Source of the DNA: Clostridia bacterium
Lineage (GTDB): Bacteria; Bacillota; Clostridia; Oscillospirales; RGIG5299
Length of the DNA: 64,000 nt
NCBI GenBank assembly: GCA_017504945.1
Contig: JAFVQJ010000015.1
Location: forward strand, 40,842-104,841
Direction of reading: 5' to 3'
Shown here: positions 56,912 to 64,000 of the stretch, one piece after another
Numbering within the stretch: position 1 is the first letter of the stretch
How the letters are laid out: every line of letters starts with the position of its first letter
Made by a program: the position numbers and the translations under genes
The notes under the pieces: model-generated
The model's input: only the letters and a program-made list of their open reading frames with translations
Databases searched by the model: none
Told to the model about the DNA's origin: nothing

Positions 56912-57769
56912 TTATTTCAGCGCCTTTTCCATATGAGAAAGATCGTAGAAGCCGCATATTTGCGCTATCTCCGATTTTCGCAGGTCGGTTTCGTTGATAA
57001 GACTGCTTGCACGCTGCTTTCGCAAAAATATAACATATTGCATTGGTGAGAGACCTGTGGTTTTCCGAAAAAATCGGGTAACGGTGGAGTGCGACATATT
57101 TGCCTTTGCCGCAATGTCCTTTACCGTGATCTTTTCGGAAAGATTGTTCTGTATATACTGAATGAGCATAACTATATCCTTGCCGTTTAGCTCCTCTGCC
57201 TTCTTCTTTTGCTTTCTGTTTGAGATTATGCAAAGATCGCAAACGTATTTAAGAGCAATAATATTCTGATAAACGAAAAGCTTTTTTTCGTCCGCCTCGA
57301 GAAGCAGGTTTATATCTCTCATCATATCGGCAAGCTCGGCATCGTTGAGATGAAGATAGTATTTACCTTCCCTTTGCTGACGCAGATGAGGCTCTGCATC
57401 AAACATAAAGGAAAAGCCCGCTATCTTTTCAAGATCCTTGAAATAGATCTTTAAAAATTCCTTTTTGAAAATAAGATGAAACACGTCAAGACCGCTTCCT
57501 TGCCGCTCGTAGCCGTGGTAGCTGTCGGGCGGGACGACGAAAACATCCCCCTTCTTGACCGAGACAGAGCCGTTTTCCATATGGTGAACACCCGCACCCG
57601 CAAGGACGATATTAAGCTCGTAAAAGGCGTGAGCGTGCATTCCTATATGGTAGCTCTTGTGAGTTACTGCCCTTACGAGATTGTATTCGTCGGAAAAAAA
57701 GGTCTCCGGAACGTTCCAATACCTCTTTACAGGTTCGACATAATAATTGCTGAAATTCATAATTCTCAC
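56912..57769 (-). CDS. AraC-family transcriptional regulator (cupin sensor + HTH)
   Basis: The N-terminal cupin-like domain has H.H..YEL. The C-terminal double HTH contains ITVKDIAAKANMSHSTVTRFFRK..G.SPMQY....R. It is transcribed divergently from the glycyl-radical enzyme gene. Confidence 0.8.
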   Translation of the reverse strand: MRIMNFSNYYVEPVKRYWNVPETFFSDEYNLVRAVTHKSYHIGMHAHAFYELNIVLAGAGVHHMENGSVSVKKGDVFVVPPDSYHGYERQGSGLDVFHLIFKKEFLKIYFKDLEKIAGFSFMFDAEPHLRQQREGKYYLHLNDAELADMMRDINLLLEADEKKLFVYQNIIALKYVCDLCIISNRKQKKKAEELNGKDIVMLIQYIQNNLSEKITVKDIAAKANMSHSTVTRFFRKTTGLSPMQYVIFLRKQRASSLINETDLRKSEIAQICGFYDLSHMEKALK

Positions 57770-57869
57770 CGATTTGACTGTATTTTACAATAAAATGATT
57801 TTATTATACTATGATTTTATCACTTTTTTTGATAAAATACAAGTGTAAATTTTCAGGGAGTGATAAAAC

Positions 57870-59870
57870 GTGAACGATATTGCAAGACATTTTTACGAAA
57901 AGGGCGAATATATTTTGAGCGGTTTTTACGAAAGACCCGAAAGATCGCGCTTTTGCCGTCTGTGCGACGGCTTTGCAAGCTATTACCGCAATATAAGGCT
58001 TCCCGAGTACAGCGGCGGAAGTCTCTACCCCACGGGCAAGGCCTATTATATGAATATTCCCGAAATTACTATGGTGGCGGTGCCGCACCATTCTCCGGGG
58101 ATGCTCTATTCTCCCGAACTTCTTGAAATGACTTGCGGTAAGGAATATGCAGATATGGTAGTGCGTGACATTCCAATGCTTCACCTGCTATTTCCGAATC
58201 CGCCCCGCACCACAGGCGGATTCGGATATACGCACGCTATCCCAAATTACAGCAGAATTGAAAAAGAGGGCTTTAACGGCTACCGTAAGCGTGTGCTTGC
58301 TCTTAAGGATTCCGATTTTAAGGACGGTATGCTTTCGCTTATCGACGGTATTGAGTGCTACGTTTCACGTATTGTTAAAATGCTTAAGGAGGTCGGCGGC
58401 AAAGCCGAGCTTATAGCGGCGTTCGAAAGAGTGCCCTTTGAGCCTGCAAGGAATATCTACGAGGCGATAGTTTGCCGCAATTTTATCTTTTATCTCGATT
58501 TTTGCGACGGCCCCGGAAGAATGGACACCGAGCTGATAGATTTTTACAACGGAGAGGACGTCGTTCCGCTTCTTCGGGAATTTTTCGTAAACGTAAACGA
58601 AAACGACGGCTGGGACCTCGCTCTCGGCCCCGATTACAACGCGCTTACTCTGCAGATTTTGAAGGCGTGCAAGGGATTTCGTCGCCCGTCGATAGAGCTT
58701 CGCGTTACCGAGGATATGCCGCGTGAGCTTTGGGAGGCTTCGATAGAATCTCTCAAAACCGGCTCGGGAAATCCCTGCTTTTATAACGAGGAACTTTACC
58801 AAAAGCTTCTTTCCGAGCGTTTTCCTCACATTCCTAAGGAGGATCTCCTTAAATTCAGCGGCTGCGGTTGCACCGAAACCACCCTTGCGGGCATCTGCCG
58901 CACCGGCTCGATAGATATAGACGTAAATGCACCGTTGGTTTTCAGAAAAACGATGGAGGAGTCGCTTGAAAAGTGCGACACCTTTGAGGAGTTTTATGAA
59001 AAAGCAGTCAGCGATATTGCCGACGCGGTATCGGAATCGGCGAAATTCGTTTATGATTTTTATGAAAAACGTTCGGAGCTGCTGCCGTATCCGATGAGAA
59101 CGTTGCTTATTGACGATTGCATTGACAAGGAGTCCGACTTCAACGCGGGCGGCGCGAGATATTCGTGGAGCGTTGTGAATTTCGCAGGTACGATAAACGT
59201 TATTGATTCGCTTCTTGCCATAAAGGAGCTGATTTACGATAAAAGAGAGTTTGGCGCCGCCGAGCTGATCGGCTTGCTTGATAAGGGAGACCCCGTGCTT
59301 TATAAGCGTCTTGAGGCCTGCGCTCATTTCGGCGTTGACGACGAAGCGGCAGACTCTCTTGCCGCAGAGTTTTCAGACCGTCTCTTTGCAATGTTTGATA
59401 ACTATTCGCTTCCCTTCGGCGATGGCTTTTTGCCCTGCTCGATTCAGTTTACCACCTACGTTGACAGAGGCAAATCCGTTGGCGCCACGCCTGACGGAAG
59501 AAGGGCGGGCGAACCGCTTTGCGACAGCCTTACGGCACTCAAGGGCAAGGCGACCAAAGGTCCTACCGCGCTTATTAACAGCATAACGAAGCTGAAGCTT
59601 TGGAGACTGCTTGGCACTCCCGTTGTAAATTTAAGCTTTTCACCCGAAAATCTCGATAAAGCGCTTGAGCCTATGATGAAGAGCTATTTCGAGCAGGGCG
59701 GTCTTCAGGCGCAGATAACCTGTGTTTCAAGGGACGATATGATCGATGCCCTTTCGCACCCCGAGCGCCACGAGGATCTTATCGTCAGAATCGGCGGATT
59801 TTCGGAATATTTCAACAGTCTTTCTCACGAGGCAAAGCTCTCGGTGATAGACAGAACGGTTATGATGTAA
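57870..59870 (+). CDS. Glycyl radical enzyme, short (666 aa) PFL-like family member of unknown substrate
   Basis: The C-terminal glycyl-radical motif is LIVRIGGFSEYF. The thiyl-Cys loop SGCGCTET has a Cys-x-Glu arrangement like the dehydratase/lyase class. The start is GTG, preceded by GGGAG. It is followed directly by an activase gene. Confidence 0.75.
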   Translation: MNDIARHFYEKGEYILSGFYERPERSRFCRLCDGFASYYRNIRLPEYSGGSLYPTGKAYYMNIPEITMVAVPHHSPGMLYSPELLEMTCGKEYADMVVRDIPMLHLLFPNPPRTTGGFGYTHAIPNYSRIEKEGFNGYRKRVLALKDSDFKDGMLSLIDGIECYVSRIVKMLKEVGGKAELIAAFERVPFEPARNIYEAIVCRNFIFYLDFCDGPGRMDTELIDFYNGEDVVPLLREFFVNVNENDGWDLALGPDYNALTLQILKACKGFRRPSIELRVTEDMPRELWEASIESLKTGSGNPCFYNEELYQKLLSERFPHIPKEDLLKFSGCGCTETTLAGICRTGSIDIDVNAPLVFRKTMEESLEKCDTFEEFYEKAVSDIADAVSESAKFVYDFYEKRSELLPYPMRTLLIDDCIDKESDFNAGGARYSWSVVNFAGTINVIDSLLAIKELIYDKREFGAAELIGLLDKGDPVLYKRLEACAHFGVDDEAADSLAAEFSDRLFAMFDNYSLPFGDGFLPCSIQFTTYVDRGKSVGATPDGRRAGEPLCDSLTALKGKATKGPTALINSITKLKLWRLLGTPVVNLSFSPENLDKALEPMMKSYFEQGGLQAQITCVSRDDMIDALSHPERHEDLIVRIGGFSEYFNSLSHEAKLSVIDRTVMM

Positions 59871-60767
59871 ATGACAGGAACTATCTTCAATATCCAGCGC
59901 TTTTGCTTAAACGACGGCCCCGGAATAAGAACGACTGTTTTTATGAAGGGCTGTCCGCTTCACTGCGCGTGGTGCCACAATCCCGAGTCGCTCTCCTTTG
60001 AGAAGGAGCTGCTTTACAACGCCGAAAGATGCGTCGGTTGCCGTAAATGTGAGACCGTGTGCAAGCAGGGAGTGCATATTTTTGGGGACGGCGCTCATCT
60101 TTTGGAGCGTGAAAAATGTGTTTTCTGCGGAGAGTGCGCGTCTGCCTGTCAATTCGGCGCCCTTTCTCTTGCTGGGACGGAGATGACGGCGGCGGAGATA
60201 GTCGCCGTCTCGGAAAGAGATATAAATTTTTATCGGAATTCGGGAGGCGGCGTAACCCTCTCGGGCGGTGAGCCGATGGCACAGTTTGAGCTTTCTCTCG
60301 AGGTGGCATCGGCGCTTTATAAAAAGGGAATATCGGTCGCGATAGAAACGTCGGGCACGGCAAGCGGCGATAAATACCGAAAGATAGCCGAGTTTACCGA
60401 CCTTTTTCTCTTCGATCTGAAGTTATCTAACGAGGAGCTTTACAAGAAATATACGGGCGGAAGATTGGAAACGGTACTGGAAAATTTAAAAGTCATAAGC
60501 TCTCTCGGAAAAGATGTAATATTAAGACTTCCGATAATTCCCGACGTAAACGGGGACGACGCGCATTTTGAATTTGCGGCGGCGGTCGCAAACGGGTATC
60601 CGACCGTAAAAAGCATTGAGATAATGCCTTATCACGCGCTTGGCGAAGAAAAGCAAAGACGGCTCGGAAGGGAAGCGGCTGTATTCAGAGCGCCCGATAA
60701 AAACGAAATTGACGGATATATCGAGAAGCTTTCAAGACTTACCGATAAGCCGGTGAAAAGGGGATAA
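59871..60767 (+). CDS. Glycyl-radical enzyme activating protein (radical SAM)
   Basis: It has the N-terminal FCLNDGPGIRTTVFMKGCPLHCAWCHNPE motif (CxxxCxxC). Two ferredoxin-like clusters follow: CVGCRKCETVC and CVFCGECASAC. A GGE SAM-binding motif is also present. Confidence 0.9.
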   Translation: MTGTIFNIQRFCLNDGPGIRTTVFMKGCPLHCAWCHNPESLSFEKELLYNAERCVGCRKCETVCKQGVHIFGDGAHLLEREKCVFCGECASACQFGALSLAGTEMTAAEIVAVSERDINFYRNSGGGVTLSGGEPMAQFELSLEVASALYKKGISVAIETSGTASGDKYRKIAEFTDLFLFDLKLSNEELYKKYTGGRLETVLENLKVISSLGKDVILRLPIIPDVNGDDAHFEFAAAVANGYPTVKSIEIMPYHALGEEKQRRLGREAAVFRAPDKNEIDGYIEKLSRLTDKPVKRG

Positions 60768-60869
60768 ATAAGAGGGTAAAAAGCTCGTTGCAAAGTTTTT
60801 TATATTGTTAATACCCATATTGTTAAACGAATAAGCCACTCGCTATGCGAGTGGCTTATTATTTCACGT

Positions 60870-61751
60870 CTATTTAATTATAACACCCTTATCGGTTGGC
60901 TTTGCGATAAAGCAGCAGTCAAATCGTGAGGCAAGCTCGCGGTGGCAACGCGACGCCGCGTCGGCATCGTCAAAGATTGCAAAGACCGACGAACCCGAGC
61001 CGCTCATAAGTGCCTTAAGGGGTGAAAATCGCAAAAGCTCGTCCTTAACGCTCTTTATTACGGGGAGCATAGAAAAACAAACAGGCTCGAATATGTTCTC
61101 CATACTTTCGCAAAGAGAGTGAAGGTCGCGACGGCAAAGAGCCGCTATCGCCTTTTCGCTGTCGGGATGAGAAAGATCGGAAAAGGTGTCAAACGTCTTA
61201 TAGACTTCGCCTGCCGAAAGACCGCCGCGCGGCTTTACTGTAACGACGGAGCAATCGGGCATAGAGGGAAGGGCAGAGAGCTTTTCGCCAATGCCGCCCG
61301 CAAGCGCGGTACCGCCGAAATAGCAAAAGGGAACGTCGGCACCTATTTTTTTGCAAAGCTCGGTTATTTCAAGATTACTCAACGGACAGCCAAACAGCAT
61401 ATTGAGAGCAAAAACCACGCCCGCACCGTCAGCCGAGCCGCCTGCCATACCTGCGGCAACGGGAATGACCTTTTTAACGTTAATCCTCACGCCGTAGGTG
61501 GCGCCGACCGTTTCAAAAAACAGCTTTGCCGCCTTATATGCGGTGTTTCTCTCGTCCCGCGGGACGTAGGGCAGATTGGTGTGAAGATCGATTTTATTGC
61601 CGCCTATCGCAACACTTATCTCGTCGTAGAGAGAAACGGTCTGCATAATGCTTTTAATTTCGTGATATCCGCCGTCGGTAAGACCGAGGACGTCGAGTGT
61701 GAGATTTATCTTTGCGGGGCAAAGAACCGATATCTCTTTCAACTTTATCAA
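60870..61751 (-). CDS. ispE: 4-diphosphocytidyl-2-C-methyl-D-erythritol kinase
   Basis: Contains PAKINLTLDV and the GHMP kinase motif PVAAGMAGGSADGA. Confidence 0.9.
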   Translation of the reverse strand: MIKLKEISVLCPAKINLTLDVLGLTDGGYHEIKSIMQTVSLYDEISVAIGGNKIDLHTNLPYVPRDERNTAYKAAKLFFETVGATYGVRINVKKVIPVAAGMAGGSADGAGVVFALNMLFGCPLSNLEITELCKKIGADVPFCYFGGTALAGGIGEKLSALPSMPDCSVVTVKPRGGLSAGEVYKTFDTFSDLSHPDSEKAIAALCRRDLHSLCESMENIFEPVCFSMLPVIKSVKDELLRFSPLKALMSGSGSSVFAIFDDADAASRCHRELASRFDCCFIAKPTDKGVIIK

Positions 61752-62908
61752 AGCTCCTTAATAAACTGCTCGAGCCTGAACATTGCGCGCTCGATGTTTT
61801 CTATTGAGTTTGCATAGCAGATCCTCGCATAGCCCTCGCCGCATTCGCCGAAGGCGTTGCCGGGGATTATCGCAAGCTTTTGCTCGGCAAGAAGTCTGTC
61901 GCAGAATTCATCTGAGGAAAGACCGAATTTTTTAATGTCGGGGAAGGCGTAGAAGGCACCCTTCGGGACGTAGCAGTCGATGCCGAGCATTTTAAGGGTA
62001 TCGCAAAGGTAATCTCTGCGCTTTTTGTATTCGGCGCGCATCTCAAGGACGTCGGGCATACCGTTTTTGAGAGCCTCGAGAGCGGCATACTGCGCGGCGG
62101 TGGGCGCCGACATTATGGCGTACTGATGGATCTTGAGCATCGCCTGAAGAATATCGTCGGGTGCGACGGTGTAACCGAGACGCCAACCCGTCATTGCAAA
62201 TGCCTTTGAAAAGCCGGATACCAGAACGGTGCGGTCCTTTAACTCGGGAAGTGAGGCGGGCGAGCAGTGCACGCCCTCGTAGGTAAGCTCGGCGTAAAGC
62301 TCGTCGGACAAAACGGTGAGGTCTGCCTCCTCTATAACGGGAGCGAGCGAGAGAAGCGCCTCCTTTGACATAATGGCGCCGGTGGGATTATTGGGGTAGG
62401 AAAGCACCAAAAGCTTTGATTTTTTCGTTATTTTTGATTTGAGCGACTCTGCGGTGAGAGCGAACTCGTTTTCCGCATAGCAGGGAACGGGAACGGGTAC
62501 GGCGCCAAGCAGGGTGACTATTGCCGAGAAGCTTACGAAGCAGGGCTCGGGAATAAGCACCTCGTCGCCGGGATCGAGCACGGCGCGAAGACAGAGGTCT
62601 ATCGCTTCCGAGCCGCCGACGGTAACGATTACGTCCGATGGGGGATAGCAAACGTTGAAGCGGTTTTCAAGATAGCGGCTTATCTCCTCGCGAAGCTCGG
62701 GCATACCGATATTTGAGGTGTAGTGAGTATGTCCGTTTCCGATGGAGCGCATACCCGCCTTCAAAATATGAAGAGGGGTAATAAAATCGGGCTCACCGAT
62801 ACCGAGAGAGATGCAGTCGTCGGTATTTGCCGAGATGTCGAAAAATCTTCTTATGCTCGACGGCTTTATCATTGCCGCCGTTTTTGAGATTCGTGCTCTT
62901 TTTTCCAT
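61748..62908 (-). CDS. Class I/II PLP-dependent aminotransferase (aspartate aminotransferase-like)
   Basis: Contains LGIGEPDF, NPTG and the SGFSKAFAMTGWRLGY PLP-lysine motif. Confidence 0.85.
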   Translation of the reverse strand: MEKRARISKTAAMIKPSSIRRFFDISANTDDCISLGIGEPDFITPLHILKAGMRSIGNGHTHYTSNIGMPELREEISRYLENRFNVCYPPSDVIVTVGGSEAIDLCLRAVLDPGDEVLIPEPCFVSFSAIVTLLGAVPVPVPCYAENEFALTAESLKSKITKKSKLLVLSYPNNPTGAIMSKEALLSLAPVIEEADLTVLSDELYAELTYEGVHCSPASLPELKDRTVLVSGFSKAFAMTGWRLGYTVAPDDILQAMLKIHQYAIMSAPTAAQYAALEALKNGMPDVLEMRAEYKKRRDYLCDTLKMLGIDCYVPKGAFYAFPDIKKFGLSSDEFCDRLLAEQKLAIIPGNAFGECGEGYARICYANSIENIERAMFRLEQFIKEL

Positions 62909-62921
62909 AATTTCACCTTAC

Positions 62922-63707
62922 TTATAATTTTTTCATTTCCGCTTTTCTCTTGGTGAATGCGGAAACGTATTTAAATCCAAGCTCCTTAAGAAGCTGTGTG
63001 GTCTCTTTTATTCCCACGCCGACGTGGTGGGGAAAATGGGCGTCGCTTCCGACCGTGATAAACTCGCCGCCAAGCTCGAGATAACGCTTTAAAACGTAGG
63101 TGGGCGGCATCGTTTCCTTCATTTTGTCGCGAAGCCCCGAGGTGTTTGCCTCAATACCCTTGCCTCTGGCAATAAGCGCCTTTAAAACCTCATCGGTCTC
63201 CTCTTTGTAATCGGCGATGGTGAGAGAGTAGCCCTGCCTCATTCCGTAGCGGAAGGGATAGGTAAGATGCCCCATAATATCGAAATCGGCGTTTTTGGCG
63301 TAGTCGAGAAGCCCGTCGAAATAGATAGAATAAAGCCTCGGAACGTCGTAATTCTTGTAATCCGCCTCCGAAAAGTCGGGATATCCCGCCATACAGTGAT
63401 AGGAGCCTATAACGAAATCGTATTCGGGAAAGGAGAGTATCTCCTTTGAAAGCTTTGGAAACTCCGTTTGCTGCCCCATTTCAACGCCTATCTTAACGGG
63501 AATATCAATTCCCGCGGCTGCGGCGGTGTAGTCCTCAAAGCACTCCTTTGGGGAGTAGGGGAACTGCTCCATAAGATTTAAGTCGCAGTGGTCGCAAATC
63601 GCGATCTCCGAAAGACCTGCCGCGGCGGCTGCTTTTATCATCTCTCTCGTGTCGGCGTCGCCGTCCATGGAAAGATGCGTATGCATATGATAATCGGCAA
63701 AAAACAT
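62922..63707 (-). CDS. PHP-domain histidinol-phosphatase family protein (HisJ-like)
   Basis: DYHMHTHLSMDG N-terminus and further His/Asp metal ligands (CDH, GHL, GSDAH). Confidence 0.75.
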   Translation of the reverse strand: MFFADYHMHTHLSMDGDADTREMIKAAAAAGLSEIAICDHCDLNLMEQFPYSPKECFEDYTAAAAGIDIPVKIGVEMGQQTEFPKLSKEILSFPEYDFVIGSYHCMAGYPDFSEADYKNYDVPRLYSIYFDGLLDYAKNADFDIMGHLTYPFRYGMRQGYSLTIADYKEETDEVLKALIARGKGIEANTSGLRDKMKETMPPTYVLKRYLELGGEFITVGSDAHFPHHVGVGIKETTQLLKELGFKYVSAFTKRKAEMKKL

Positions 63708-63886
63708 TTAAATACCTCTTTGAAACACTTTTATCTATATATTTTACAGTATTATATTAAAGATTTCAAGAAAAATATTGTAACAAATTAAAAAATATCG
63801 CAAATGACTTTACAAAAGAGAAAAAGTGTAGTATAATAATGCGGTAACACTTTAGCAAACTAAAGCGAAAGAAAGGAAAAAAGAAA

Positions 63887-64000
63887 ATGAAAAAGATCTT
63901 ATCTGTTGTATTGGCAGTAGTGCTTGCCTTCGGAATGGTGGCGGCATTCTCATCCTGCACCCAAAAGAGCGATTGGGAAAAGATTCAGGAAAAGGGCTAC
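63887..64000 (+). CDS. Lipoprotein, probably a solute-binding protein; N-terminal 38 codons only (runs off window)
   Basis: MKKILSVVLAVVLAFGMVAAFSSCTQKSDWEKIQEKGY has the lipobox FSSC. An AAAGGAAAAAAG RBS region lies upstream. The family is guessed from the W..I...G pattern. Confidence 0.45.
   Translation, partial: MKKILSVVLAVVLAFGMVAAFSSCTQKSDWEKIQEKGY

Overview
This is a 64-kb chromosomal window from a spore-forming Clostridia-type Firmicute. spoIIE, spoIIP and gpr are present, GC is roughly 50% by eye, and gene content looks Oscillospiraceae/Ruminococcaceae-like, though that placement is a guess. Most of the window is ordinary housekeeping: proS, tcdA, dus, rubrerythrin, engB, rpmE, polA, tsaD, rplU-prp-rpmA-obg, ung, rpmB, tRNA-Gln, ispE and aminotransferases. 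I saw no rRNA, CRISPR array, IS element or prophage. Four regions are not ordinary. (1) At 20.1-26.8 kb, a small tyrosine recombinase gene lies next to two divergently transcribed paralogous secreted-protein operons. Both operons share an identical 5' UTR and signal peptide and a nearly identical 3' ~550 bp that includes a conserved 43-aa ORF. The 362-bp segment between them is bounded by ~171-bp inverted repeats that end exactly at a 24-bp near-palindromic core. A third core copy, a one-directional terminator and promoter-like elements lie inside the segment. I read this as a recombinase-driven invertible toggle giving mutually exclusive expression of two protein variants, and it is the best candidate for an undescribed system here. 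(2) At 34.6-40.0 kb there is a secreted multi-lectin protein whose low-GC C-terminal half carries a metzincin-like HExxH protease domain. Three paralogous lipoprotein genes follow it, and a ~95-bp direct repeat brackets part of the locus, so the layout resembles a polymorphic toxin with immunity genes. (3) At 53.5-53.9 kb, a ~380-bp intergenic region holds seven copies of the 9-mer AATATCACT in two inverted halves, interleaved with mini-hairpins. (4) At 56.9-60.8 kb, an AraC regulator sits beside an unusually short glycyl-radical enzyme and its activase. All calls come from reading the sequence and the ORF translations; no database search was possible.
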